The translations under genes and the position numbers were made by a program. Positions 11,164 through 24,329 of a stretch of 64,000 bases of DNA are shown here, in pieces (position 1 is the stretch's first letter; every line of letters starts with the position of its first letter). Location of the stretch: NCBI GenBank assembly GCA_965202585.1, contig OZ241827.1, positions 54,374,001 to 54,438,000 on the forward strand, given 5' to 3'. Below the pieces are notes generated by a model. That model was not told where the DNA came from. It saw only the letters and a program-made list of their open reading frames with translations, and did not search any database. Source of the DNA: Thalia democratica (lineage: Eukaryota).

Positions 11164-14100
11164 GTGGTTGCCAGCGCAAAAGAAAACTATTCAAAGTAAG
11201 ACATAAAACTTTTTTACGTAACATTTTATCTTAGTCAGTGTTCATATCAGAAATACTTAATTTTTAAGTATGTGTAAGACAAACATATAAAGCTTGTTTA
11301 TGTCTCCATATAAAATTTTCTTTATTAGTTTTGTTAAAATACTATTGTAGATTTTGATCGATATTTAGCAACTAATGAGCATTTTTTAGAAATATATCAC
11401 ATACTATTTTAATTTAATATTTTTTAGGTCTCCAATTAATCATAGTTCCTGTCACTTTCTTCTACTGAAGGAAAAAAAGAATCTGTTTTAATTAGTTGCA
11501 TTATACTATATTTTTGTTGTTTTTTGATGCAGCTATAAGTTGTGTTTTCTCTATTTGATTATACTAGACTCTGTTTTGTTGTTTGCTACTATTTTCAAAA
11601 ACTTCGTCAACTAAGTTAAAACGCACAAAATAATAAGAATTGTTTATTCAACGGAAAAAGTAAATATACATTATGTGACTTTTACTAGTTCATAGAAAAG
11701 GCTCATTGCTAAAAAATTTAATACTTAATAAACTTAAATTTCAGTTCAAAGACTTTGTGGTTTAAATATATAACCTTAAGCTTCTTGATTGCTAAAAGTT
11801 AGTAAAAATAAAGATATTATTTTGAAATAGTTAAAGTTGCTTGCCAAAAGGGCCAGGTAGTATCACAATATGATTAAAAGAAATATTGTTGTAGAAGTAA
11901 ATTTAACTTAAACTTAAAAATTAACTTAAATATTTCAAAACTAATGTAGTTTTATACCAAAAATACAAATATACTTAATGCCTAATAAAAATTAGTAACT
12001 ACCGGTATGCCAGATATAGACTTCGCCCCATTTACTTTTAAAAAATAGTTACAGTATAGAAAATAAAGCATATTAAAATTATAACTAAAGAGATAAAATA
12101 ATAATTTATAATATTACATGGGTTTACCACATACAAATCCTCGTTTAAAACTTTTTATATAAGTACTAATTATTGGCATAGAACTTGGTACAAATTTTTG
12201 TATATAGCTTAAAAATTATTTTTATATATGGTTACTATTGATACTTAGATTTAAGATTTCAACTGGCTTGATGTTTGTTTCTCTTAACTAATGCTGGCTT
12301 TTTTCATTAGAAGTGGCAACCTGCTTATAAGACTACCTCATTGGTTGTGATAGCATTTTACTAAATTATGAGAATACTCAATGGATTTATGAAATAATAA
12401 AAGTCAGTAAATCTTGATACTTTTCCCAGAACTTGCTATTATACTTAAGTCTCAGTTTATTCTAAAATTGAAATCTGTTAATTCTGTCTACGCCAAGATG
12501 AACAATTTTCCGTTGTTATTTACATTAAAGTCCTTATTATGGCTAAAATCGTTTTAGAGAGTATCTTAATGTCAAACATTTTTCACTCATAATATTGTTT
12601 CGTTAATGATGACGGTTGTAATACAAACAAGTAACTACTACTGTAAACTTTAAGATCAATATTGTGTTATTCAGCAGTAAATTCGAATTAAGTGTGCAAT
12701 ACAAACTAAAAGCAGTTGCAACTGTAAGCTAATCAAATTTTTGCGGGTAAAACTTTGGGAAGTTTTTTTAAAACTGTTTAAGCTAATATGAATATAAGTT
12801 CTTAACTAATATAAGTTCTGAGGGTCAAACGTGCAAAAGTTTAAGTTGTCAATTTCTTACTGCCATATCTAGTTTAAAAAAATAACTTAGCAATGGAGAG
12901 AATTTATTGAATTTTTTTTTATACTCAAAGTTACTTTTTTAAAGTTTTTAAAGTTTTTTTTTTAAGAAAAAGGAAATCAAAATTTTTTTGCATGTTTAAC
13001 TTAAGTCAAAATTGCCTTTAAAAGTAAAACAACTTGCTTTTATTACAGTTTTAAACTACGTTCACAAAACTTCAATAATAAAATATGTGTTCGTTTAAAA
13101 GTTTTTGTAGTGAACTCCATAGTCCATTACGAGCCATTTAGCATTACGCACAGAAATTAGAATATAAGTATGATTTTTTATCATTAAAGGTTATAAGATA
13201 TTTTTTAAAGTAAACACAGCTAAATAAATGATACATAATTTTAAAATAACACGGCTAATATAAACAGTTGTTTTAAAAAAACTTAACATAATATAAAAGA
13301 CCGTAATTTTATTAAGAACCAGTACATTTTAGCTACTTACATTATTAAAAGGGTAAAACTTGTCTAACTATTTGTGCTAATTTCGCACAAAGTACACCTT
13401 GAGTTCAAGTAGATTTTTAATAAGGCAGTTTAAACATACTTGCAAAACTAATATTTTGTTACACTTAAATTATAAAGTTTTTTTTTTAACTATTATATTT
13501 ACTATAGATGCAATTATACTAAGTTAAAGTTATCATATTCCTTAAAAAGTATCTTGCACGGAAATTCGAATGTTATGAATATTACTTTTACTACAACTTT
13601 AAGTAAGTACTATACTTAAAATTTACAGTATGTTTTATACAAATTTAATTTATTAGAATATCGTTTGAATCAATGAAATTTAGATAAAGTTTAATGGTGA
13701 TATGCAAATAAAATAAATAGTTTTTATTAAAACTGACTATATAGTGCAGTAACAAAGGTGTAAAAGACAAAGCAAATGCTTATATACAAAACTTACATAC
13801 AATTTTTTATTCTATATAAATAAAAGTATCAGAACTAAGTAACTACTAGCTTTTCAAAAAAATCGATAACTGTAGAAAACAAAAACTGAAAAACTATCTG
13901 GTAGGCAATAACAGTTACTTAACATTAATTAAAACGTTCTACTTTCTAGTTTTTCTAAGTGCACTTTTTTTCTTTTTTAAAAATCTACTCAATTGGTGTT
14001 GATAATCACTATCTTTGAGATAATCGAAGCGTTTGTTGAGTTTGTCGGTATTTAGTCTAATATTTTTAAACTTCACTTTTTGTTTAATAATTTATTTAAC

Positions 14101-15149
14101 TTAGGTTTTTACGAAATAAAAGAATAATAAAGTAAGATAACGTCTTAAATTTATTTAAATGATTTAATTAGTATTTTGTACTTAAAACTAAACTGATCAT
14201 TTAACGTGGTTTGTTCATTATTTTTAGATAACAATAAGTGCAGTAAAGTTTGTTTGGCCTAAAATAACTTTTATTACTTTTTAAAGTGTTTTAAGGTACC
14301 TTAAAAATATTTTAACTTAACTAAAAAATATAGTTTGCTTACTTAAAAGTTCTTATACGCCCTTAGTATTATTTGGCATTTTTATTATTAAAACGAGTCA
14401 TTTAGATTGTTTTTTACAAAAACATTTATACAAATTAAAATATCTACCTAAGTGACTTAACACGAGTAGTCCATTGTTTTATTAGAAATTAATTACTTTT
14501 TTTATTGCATTTAAATTTTCAAATCTAAACTGTTAAGTATTGTTTTATTAATTGGAATAAAAAGGAGGTTTTGATATCATAATTGTATTGCCAAAGAATC
14601 TCTGACCCCATTACAATCCTCATCGCAATACTTCACGAGATGGGCGATTTTTCTTATTGCTTACCCTTTTCAACTGACTCATTTGCTTTCCCCCTTTTTT
14701 TTTCATCGGTGTAATCAGTGTAAGGCATGCAGTCTAACATGTTTTTTTTTTGTCAAGCAAAAATACTGTTTTGTTTTAACACAAATTTTTATTAATCTAT
14801 CAACCAAAAAATAAACCATTTACTTATAAGACATATTTTAAAATAGTTTTTATATAATTTTTTTTTCTTATTTTGCTTTATTTTTTTAGATATTTTTGTT
14901 ATTAAAAAAGGTGTACTCGCCAACAGAAAAAAAAATGCTAAAAAGTCATCATACTTGCAAGCTTTACTCATGAATTGTTTTAGAAATATTAAATTTGTAA
15001 AAATAAATTATGAGAAAAGCTAACAAATGTTTAGGAAAGTCATTAAATTTATAAGAATGGCAGTCTTTCTTTGAACAAAATAAAACTTATTTGAAATTTA
15101 TCATCTTGCAGTTCACTTACAAATTGCTCACTTGGAATAACTTTGTTTT

Positions 15150-16250
15150 GATTTTTTCACCTTGAAATTGACGACTGGAAACTTGGAAAGCCACCTTGAA
15201 TTTCTTTGGGGATACCAGTATTTAGGTAGTGGTTTTAAGGAAAGAGCACTGAAGTTTAAAGAAAGTAGAAACCGTCTTTATTTGGGCTGTATTTTATGGA
15301 AATTGATAAGCACGAACTTAAAGTTAAACCAACTCTGTCAGCGATGTTAAAAAAAATCGTACCCGAAAAAAGCTCGTTCAAATTAGGTAAACTCAACAAG
15401 CTTGGTAGTACACTAGTTAATTTTAATGTAAAAAATAAAGACACACATGAATATTACTTGTCCTGGATAAGACATTAAAAGATATCCATGGTGTGCGCCT
15501 CGATAACCGTAAGGTTCTTCGTCCACGAGGTCCTAGGACCAAATATTTTGATCGTTTTTTTTATCGTTCAATAAACTATAGTGATGTTGTACGATGCCAA
15601 TACAGGGAGAATGTAAAAATGACCACTGAGATTTGTGAAAAAACAGTTATTCGTTGTGGTGACAACAAACTGTTTACTGTGAGCGTTTTTAAAAAATCGT
15701 TCAAAACCAAGTTTTCTTTTGATTTCACTAGAAACACTAAAAAGTTACCCAGCTAGTAAAAGGTTTAAACTCTCGTTTATACCACTTGATGCGCTAAAGA
15801 AAAAAATTAATAAAAATTTCCCTTGGTTTCGTCAATACAATGTCACCACGCACTTTCATAGTTGATAATAAAACGTTGCCTTTAAAACACAATTCAGCTA
15901 TATTTTATTTTTAAATTGTTTAATATTAAAAAATAAAACATATTATACTACTTTAGTTAATAAAAAAATTGTAGTTTATTAAAAAGAATTTTCTTAAGAA
16001 AATCCATTACTCTATTAGCAACTAACTACGTAACTAATATTTTAACAAGTTGAATAAAATATATTAAAAGCTAGTTATACTTTCAAAAATTTTGAGAAAA
16101 ATAATGTTCAACAATAAAAGTTTAATTCAAAAACGAGCTACTATTACATAATTTTTCAAGAGAGCTCAGTTGTAAGTAACTGTTTATTACACATTGTTAT
16201 TTTCTTAAAATAATTGAATTTTAATAACACTATAAAAAACATAGAAAAAC
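15150..16250 (+). repeat. Long decayed repeat R, copy A (left of TPMT copy 1), with pseudogene-like coding remnants
   Basis: Landmarks CTTGTCCTGGA..GGTGTGCG (about 15457-15498), ATACCACTTGATGCGCTAAAGA (about 15780) and TTATACTTTCAAAAATTTTGAGA (about 16075) recur at 17.5-18.7, 22.1-23.0 and 24.3-25.5 kb. Broken ORFs at 15296-15756. Confidence 0.65.
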
Positions 16251-16582
16251 TAAACTTGTAACAACACTGACCCAAATTTGCACTAGTAAAACAGAAAAAA
16301 AAAATTTTCAGAGCAAATAATCAAAAATAGTTTTAGCGTAAAAACTCTAAAAAATAAATGATGGGTTGTAATAAATGTAGTTCTGGTTATAGATTTGAAA
16401 AAAAAAAAAACTTATTTTTTGAAATTATTAACATGAAGTAAAAACTTTTGTTTTTGTTAGAAAAGTGTAACATAGATTTTAGGTTATATAAAAGTATCCC
16501 TCTTAATTTTTAAATAAAATTTTTAGAGTTATAAGCACAATAATTCTAATAAAAAAATTCACAGTTTGAAAGTTGCAACTAT

Positions 16583-17275
16583 TTAATATTTCAACTTTAG
16601 ACAGTACAGAGATTCCAAGAACCAATCGATGTCATACATCCGCTTGAACATTTCATTGGTGACGTCATAAAGCAATTCTATGTCGCACTTTGTCCCGTAC
16701 AAACCTCTTATCATTTGCGCGGGAACCGAAAGGCCCTGACCGCCTTCTAATTGGCTCTGGTCGTAACTGACGCTCGAAACCAGGTACACGGTGGTCTCGT
16801 CCATCAGACCTGTGATCGTGTCCGCGTACCTGCGTCTGTCTTCCGGGTTCACCGCGACCAGGGCGGCCCTGTCCCAAACCCCGTCAATTCTTCCCACCAG
16901 CTCGCGAGTGACTCGGAAAAAGTCCCCGTTGTGAATCGTAATTCTTCCATCCTCTGACTCGTAAGTGTCAAAGTCGGCGTTTTTAGCTTTGGAAAACTCG
17001 ATTTTGTTTTCAGCGAAAAACTCTTCGACCGCCTGCTTACTGTACTCTACACCGACGACTTTGTAGCCTTCATCGCTCATGTACTTCATATCGACTGTTT
17101 TGCCGCACATAGGGAACAGTATCGTGCCTTTTTCCTTGAACCTCGATTTGTGGGTTCGGAGCCAGCTGTTGACATCTGGTTCGTGCCAATTATAATCTCC
17201 CTCCTTATACTTCTTGTCCCATTTATCTAAGCTCCAACAGAAGCTTGATGGAACTTTGCTATTGTCATTACTCAT
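16583..17275 (-). CDS. TPMT: Thiopurine S-methyltransferase family protein, copy 1
   Basis: 230-aa intronless ORF with TPMT motifs FPMCGK, VVGVEYS, GDFF, WDRAALVAVNPEDRRRY. Confidence 0.92.
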   Translation of the reverse strand: MSNDNSKVPSSFCWSLDKWDKKYKEGDYNWHEPDVNSWLRTHKSRFKEKGTILFPMCGKTVDMKYMSDEGYKVVGVEYSKQAVEEFFAENKIEFSKAKNADFDTYESEDGRITIHNGDFFRVTRELVGRIDGVWDRAALVAVNPEDRRRYADTITGLMDETTVYLVSSVSYDQSQLEGGQGLSVPAQMIRGLYGTKCDIELLYDVTNEMFKRMYDIDWFLESLYCLKLKY

Positions 17276-17549
17276 ATTTCAAGTTGTTTTATAATCTAAA
17301 TGAATTTTTCTTTACTCGTTTTATTTCTGTATTATATGTGATGACTTTTTGATCTAGTTTGTATTTTGCTGTTGCTAAAACTTTGTTTTAAAATATACAT
17401 GAGAACATAAAAAATAAACAGGTATAGATTTTAAATGAAAAAAAAAGTAAAAAAAAACATAAATAATTGTAATAAAATCGAAACCAAAAGAAAAATCACT
17501 TTTAAGAGTCTTATTAAAATATAATTAGTATCAAAATAAGTTTAAAGAG

Positions 17550-18720
17550 TTTAATCAAAAATTATTTAAAACCTGATTCTCTTGAAAGATTTTGTTATAC
17601 TAGCTTGTCTATTGAAAGACTTTTTAATCATTGTTTATTGTGTCTAAAAACTTTCTAAAAGTATAAATAGTTTCTAATATTTTTTTTCAACATGTCAAAA
17701 TATTAGAAATTTAGTTGCTAGCAGAAAAAGTAAGTTTTCTAAAGTTAACTCTTCTAAATAAATTAAAAGTTTCTATTTACTTAAAAACTACAAAATAATT
17801 TACTTGTGAATATTTAGAAATTGACAGAGTAAAAACAAAAGCTCAAATGTGTACCAAAGTTACAAGCTTTATACTATATATAAATTTTCGTCGTGATGTC
17901 ATGTTGAGAATTCTAGAGGAAGTTGTAATAAACGTTTAAAACTTTAATTAATATGCCCTTTAACGCATCAAGTAATTTTTTTTTATACCCAGTCGAAACT
18001 AGCTGAGTTAGTAAAAACAATAGTTTTTTTATGTAGCTTTTGCAAGTCAATTGTGTTTGCTCGAGATAAGTTCTAAATGTAAACGTTTAGAGATGTTGAG
18101 AATTTGATAACAATGAGTCCAACGTGTAGGATTAAACAGCTAGCATTATACTACTTGTGTTCATGTTTTAAAAAGTTTTGGCTGCTTTAACTAATAAAAA
18201 CTATATTTACCAGGTCTTATTTTCTTGTTGACTCTAAACCCTTTACGGTTAGAATCATCACTACTGTTTTGATTTAAGTTGTAAAGATAGTGATTTAGTC
18301 TACTGTCTTTAATTTAGTTTACTATTAATTTTTAATATTAGTTAAGTGTTGTTTATTTATAGTCAAACTTAAATTATTTTTTTTATTGCATGTAAAAAGT
18401 AGTCTCATTAAAGTGTTGGAACAACAGTTTTCATAACTGTTTAGCTCTAGATCTGGCTAATGTCTTTAGTACGAGTAAGAAATTATCTTCAGCAGAACAA
18501 TCGAACATCGGAGCGTCCAATGCAAAAGTGTTTGTTAAGAAATGTGTTGTTTAAATATCACGACTAGCTTCGGTTTTGATTTTTATTAAAGGTTGTAACA
18601 CAAGTTTTTTGTTAAACTAAGGTATTCATTGAATAGTTATGAAACTTAGTAACCAATACTTGATTAAAATTTTCTGTCGCACACCACGGATACCTTTTAA
18701 CTTCTTGTCCAGGACATAAA
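17550..18720 (-). repeat. Long decayed repeat R, copy B (inverted relative to A)
   Basis: The reverse complement matches copy A landmarks at 17575-17610, 17955-18006 and 18678-18716. It aligns directly with 24500-24960. Confidence 0.65.
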
Positions 18721-21700
18721 AAGTTATTTGGAGCACTTAAGCTTAAACAATAGCTTGTATAGCTATTATAAAATTTAGTTTAGCTCGTTAAAAGTTTTAA
18801 AGTTTTATTGAATGTAACGTATTTATATAAATTTATGGCAAAAAATTTGTCCAAACAAAACTTAAAACAAATATCTTTTAAATGTCAAACTTATTTTTTT
18901 AATTTGAAATATAGCAATTATGTGCTAAAAATACTTTTATAGTCAATAAAATGTCTTTAAACGATTAAAGTATATGTTTATTATAAAAACTAAAAACTTG
19001 TTTCAATAGAGTTTAAAAAGTCTGAACAATTTTTAAAACTCATTTAAAAATTAGTAAAAATGTTTTTTTTAAATGATTTTTCATAAAAAATTTAACTTTA
19101 ATTACTTTTGTAAAATATATTCCCAAGTAGTATCTTAGCGGCTTTTGCTGTAAAATTCTGAATTTATTTTTAGGCATACTTATTAATAATTAGATTTTAC
19201 TTCTTAAAAAGTTGTTTATTTCTTCAAAAGACATATAAAAATATTAACCTCACAAAGCATATGCGTGATTGAAATATATTTAAACTAAAAATTGTTAAGA
19301 TACTACAAGCTCTTGAGTAAAAAAAGCTATACAACATATTTGAGTTTTGACTACTTTGTAAATGTAATTCAGACAAAGAGGTTTTTTTTGATTTAATATA
19401 GACAAAACCTAAAATATAGAACGTACAAACATTTTTAAGTTAATACGGTTGAAGTTTGCTACTTCATTTTTAAAACATTTTATCATAATATAATTTAAAA
19501 AAAACTTTAAAATTACTCAACAGCTAAGTTTTTATTTAAAAAAATTAGATAAAATGTTTAAAACATTTTTGGAAGAGTTTAGTGAGCAATACTAAATATG
19601 TTGTAATTAACTAATAGGAAAAAAAAATATTGTTTTAAGTTTTCAAAAATTTTAACAAAAGATTTTTCACTGACGCGCTAAACAACAAAAAAAATATTTA
19701 AGGTTTTAGTACATTTTTTACTACGTTTTCTACTAAGAAAATTAGTAGTTCATTTCATAAGTAATCTTTTTTTTAAACTTCATTAATTATTTCAAATTTT
19801 TCCAGGTGAATTTTCGGTTTTCAATCTTATGCTGCTAGCTCTTTTGTATAAAGCAATGATAGAAAATTTATAACGCTTAAATAAAAAAACGCTAAAAAAC
19901 AAACATTATATAGAACGTAAGACTAAGTAAAAAAGTGTTTTCAAAATATCTAATAGAGTTTTAACTAAAAAATGACCTTTTTGTCGTATTTTTTTTTGCA
20001 TAGGAAATTAATTAAAAAATTAAACAAATCGGTTTAACAACTATACAAAGTTTTATATTCCTGAAATTGTAATAACACATTTAAAAATATCTTTTTTTTA
20101 AAGTTTTTAAGCATTTTAATTAATCACAAAAAATAACTAAAATAAAAGAATTTACCACCAATGATTTAGTTGTTTTACTTGCTACATACATTTTAATAGT
20201 TTCAACTAAATTTTTAAGGCAATTTTAGTGTGCTGTTTATTGTCTTAAAGCAACACAAATTATGACTTGTAGTTACGGTTAAAAAGAAAGTTGACATTTT
20301 TCTTATAAACGGCTAACTATATAACACGATACAAGTGTAAATGGTTTTGAATAAAAAATAAACATTCATTGTAATATTTACTTATAACATAAAAAGCGAA
20401 TTATAAATTAGAAAAAAAGTTGACATAACTAATAAATTAAAGCCTCTGGCATAAGTGAAAGAAGTTTAACAAATACAAAAGATTGTTTTTCAATTTTTGC
20501 AAAAGGGCCGTTTATAAATATGTTTGGAAACCTTGTTTTAGATAGTTCGAAAGTTATATACTTTCGATATTTTTACTAGTTTTAAAATTAAATTGGTCTT
20601 AGTATGCTTTTTTAATTTCAATTTTATTTGTTAATTATTTTAAGTTTAGTTAATCTTGATTTGAAGTTAATTTTACTCAATTGTGACACATATAGTTTGA
20701 AAAACTTTTACTTAAAATTATTAAGTCTAAAACAAGTAAAGTAAACTAAAATACACAACAAAACAACAAATCATAATATAGATTGTTTTAGACTTAATAA
20801 TTACAAATATTCATATAGCTTTATAACAGTCGGATTTAATATTAAGTATTTTACCTATCATTAACTATTATCTTTAGAAATTATTTTATTTTAATGAAAA
20901 ACATGTATACACCCACTTTATTCTATGCTTCTATTCTTTCATTACAGTAATTATTTTTTTACAGAACCCAGTTCAAGTGTGTTGATTCGTTAACACATAG
21001 AAACATATGTTGGTATAATAAAAGAAGATTACTGTACAATTTGTTTTTATTTATATTCCATGAAGTTATTTAACTAGGATCTTTTGTTAGCAATCGATTA
21101 AACTTATAATTTGAACAGTTATATTAAATATATCAACTGATTATATTTCACAATTTCAACATTTTTACTAGTTTTAGTTTTGTTCGATTAAAACGTGTTT
21201 GTAAAAAAAAGGAAAGTTTAATTGTAACGTCTATATAATAACTTGCGAAATAAAATAGACACAATCTAAACCAATAATAACTAAAAAACTATTATTTTAT
21301 TACATTGTATACTATTAAAGATAAACATATAAAAATATGAATTTTAAATTAAAAGTATAAATGAACAAATTACTACTTGTTTGAGATTGATTTTTTCATT
21401 AGTAGGTTTAGTATTTCTTTTATTAACTTTTCATTAAAGTTTTTAGTTTATATATGGAAATTTTATGCAATAACCTTTCTTAAAAATAAAACAGGAAGCT
21501 AATTGTATTTTTTTCTAAAGAGGTTATTAGATAACTTAGCTAGTGCCGCAAATAATATTTTCAATTAAGTTCTCAGTAGTTGAAACACAACAGCATAAAA
21601 GTAAATTATAAACTTTTATTATTGTTATAAACGTTTTTTTTTAATGAAATAATAAATTCCAAATGGGATTGCTACTTAGATAAAAATACGTTCTTGTTTT

Positions 21701-22139
21701 CTTTAAGTTAATAAATCTAACAAAATAGCTTTTAAAATAAAATTTTTATTTATTTTCAACTTAAATCGTGGTTGATTAATAAACAGTAAGCTGTTTTATA
21801 ATGACGTAGAATAAAAACATGATATTTTTAAAGACTTTTTTTAAGTCAAATGTTTCCCAAGTTTCCTTTAAAATGCAAAAATAAATCTTTTCGCAAAACA
21901 GTTGACTCTTTACTAGTGTAAATGAAATAAAAAATGTTTATAAAGTTAAAAAAATTCTTTTAATTAGTAATAATAATTAGTAAAACGTTACAGATTTTAA
22001 AACATAAGCATATGTACTCTGAAAAGTATGTAAATTAAATTAGTTTTTTAAAGGGTATCTAAGTATTGTACAAAAATGAGCTTATATAATTGCAAATTGC
22101 TGATCATAGAATAAAACGAATCAGCAAAAGTTTAAACCG

Positions 22140-23050
22140 ATAGCACTCTGACACCTAATGAACTGTTTTGATCTGGATTGTTCTCAGAAAATAGTATCCA
22201 AATTATTTAATTAACACTTCTGCATAAAATTTTGCTGAAAAATATAAACAACATTTTAAAATATAACATAAATAAGCAATTATTTGCTGAAAAAAAATGC
22301 CTTATTCATATTAAAGCCACTAACCATATCTAGAACTAAATAAACATAAAATCTATTATACAAAAAACTTAGTGATATCACATATTACTATCAAAAATAA
22401 ACTTAAATAAAAACTTGACTATAAAGATAAATACGCTTTAACTATTATTTAAAATTAACAATAATAAAACTTATTTAAAAAGATAGAAGACCGAATTTTT
22501 ACAATTTTAATTAAAACAGAAATAATGATTTTTACTGTAAAGGGTTTAAAACCAACAAAAAATTTAGAATCAATAAAAAAAAATTTAATTTAAAACAATT
22601 ACAGTTTAAAAATATAGTTTTTAAAAAGCATTTCAATTAAAGTTTTTCACGTTTATTGCAATTTCCTTTAGTATTGTCGAAATGAGTCATGATGAAATTT
22701 CATGTATAGTGTAAAACGCGTAACTTCTATACACAGTTAAGCTTTTGTTATTACTTTGTTAATTTTTTAATATTCACAAGTGATTTTGCAGTTTTTTAGT
22801 AAATATATTTTTTTTATTTAGAAGAGTTTACTTTAGTAAAATTACATTTTCTGCTAGCAAATTAACAATTTATTTTAATAAATTGAAAAAATTTATTTAA
22901 AACAAGTTATACTTTCAAAAAATTTTGAGAACAAAAATAGTAAAAAATAAAAAGTCAAGCTGCTATAACAAAAATTTCTAACGGAACTCAGTTCTAAGTA
23001 ATTGTCAAATGCACTTTTCGTTATTTTCTAAAAATATTTATATTTTAGTA
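22140..23050 (+). repeat. Long decayed repeat R, copy C (left of TPMT copy 2)
   Basis: AGTTATACTTTCAAAAA..TTTTGAGA and CTCAGTT.TAAGTAA match 16072-16180. TTCTGCTAGCAA (about 22849) is the inverse of 17713/24522. GAACTGTTTTGATCTG (about 22160) is the inverse of about 25354. Confidence 0.6.
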
Positions 23051-23247
23051 AGACTATTAAAATTTGACGATTATATTATAATTAATAATGCTTTCTTTTA
23101 CTAATTTTTCTATTTAAAATCTATACACATTTTGCTACTTTTTGTCTGTTTTATGTATAATTCAAAACAGTATTTATGAAATAACAATATATCACATTTA
23201 TTCCTGAAATAAACTATTAAGTATTATTTTTTATTTTTTATAGAAAT

Positions 23248-23940
23248 ATGAGTAATGACAATAGCAAAGTTCCATCAAGCTTCTGTTGGAGCTTAGATAA
23301 ATGGGACAAGAAGTATAAGGAGGGAGATTATAGTTGGCACGAACCAGATGTCAACAGCTGGCTCCGAACCCACAAATTGAGGTTTAAGGAAAAAGGCACG
23401 ATACTGTTCCCAATGTGCGGCAAAACAGTCGATATGAAGTACATGAGCGATGAAGGCTACAAAGTCGTCGGTGTAGAGTACAGTAAGCAGGCGGTCGAAG
23501 ACTTTTTCGCTGAAAACAAAATCGAGTTTTCCAAAACTAAAAACGCCGACTTTGACACTTACGAGTCAGAGGATGGAAGAATTACGATTCACAACGGGGA
23601 TTTATTCCGAGTCACTCACGAGCTGGTGGGAAGAATTGACGGGGTTTGGGACAGGGCCGCCCTGGTCGCGGTGAACCCGGAAGACAGACGCAGGTACGCG
23701 GACACGATCACAGGTCTGATGGACGAGACCACCGTGTACCTGGTTTCGAGCGTCAGTTACGACCAGAGCCAATTAGAAAGCGGTCAGGGCCTTTCGGTTC
23801 CCGCGCAAATGATAAGAGGTTTGTACGGGACAAAGTGCGACATAGAATTGATTTATGACGTCACCAACGAAACGTTCAAGCGGATGTATGACATCGATTG
23901 GTTCTTGGAATCTCTGTACTGTCTAAAGTTGAAATATTAA
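23248..23940 (+). CDS. TPMT: Thiopurine S-methyltransferase family protein, copy 2
   Basis: 230-aa intronless ORF. By hand alignment it differs from copy 1 at 13 of 693 nt. Confidence 0.92.
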   Translation: MSNDNSKVPSSFCWSLDKWDKKYKEGDYSWHEPDVNSWLRTHKLRFKEKGTILFPMCGKTVDMKYMSDEGYKVVGVEYSKQAVEDFFAENKIEFSKTKNADFDTYESEDGRITIHNGDLFRVTHELVGRIDGVWDRAALVAVNPEDRRRYADTITGLMDETTVYLVSSVSYDQSQLESGQGLSVPAQMIRGLYGTKCDIELIYDVTNETFKRMYDIDWFLESLYCLKLKY

Positions 23941-24329
23941 ATAGTTGCAACTTTCAAACTGTGAATTTTTTTATTAGAATTATTGTGCTTATAGCTATCA
24001 AAATAATTATGGTTGAATGAAGGGTAACATGTTAAAGTAAATAATTTAAGGAGTAGGAATTGGGCTCAAACAAATGTTCATCTAAACTACAATTTATAAG
24101 AGATTTCTAACGAAAACTTATTTTCACATATCTTTTAATAAAAGATACTAATTGCAAGAAAAAATTATTTTTTTTTAAACTTATAAACAGATGTACAACT
24201 ATTACAGCCCATCATTTATTTTTTTATAGTTTATACGCTGAAATTACTTTACATTATCTTTTCTTTTTACTTAAGTATGTTTGGAGCAGTATCTTTACAG
24301 CTTTTATTTTACCGGATTTTAAAAGTTTT

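Noticed and set aside
12280-12620. Possible decayed coding fragment on the minus strand
   Set aside because: Multiple stops in every frame and no identifiable homology.
14575-14700. GC-richer patch with possible minus-strand peptide AIRKIAHLVKYCDEDCNGVRDSLAIQL
   Set aside because: Flanked by stops, with no splice sites or family assignment.
16665-16957. Overlapping alternative-frame and antisense ORFs in TPMT (also 23646-23858)
   Set aside because: By-products of GC-rich TPMT codons (few stops in other frames).
16583-23940. TPMT pair as a haplotype assembly artefact or bacterial horizontal transfer
   Set aside because: The flanks are strongly diverged, unlike allelic haplotigs. The protein looks TPMT-like without features that let me call a bacterial origin, and GC-rich exons also occur in robo.
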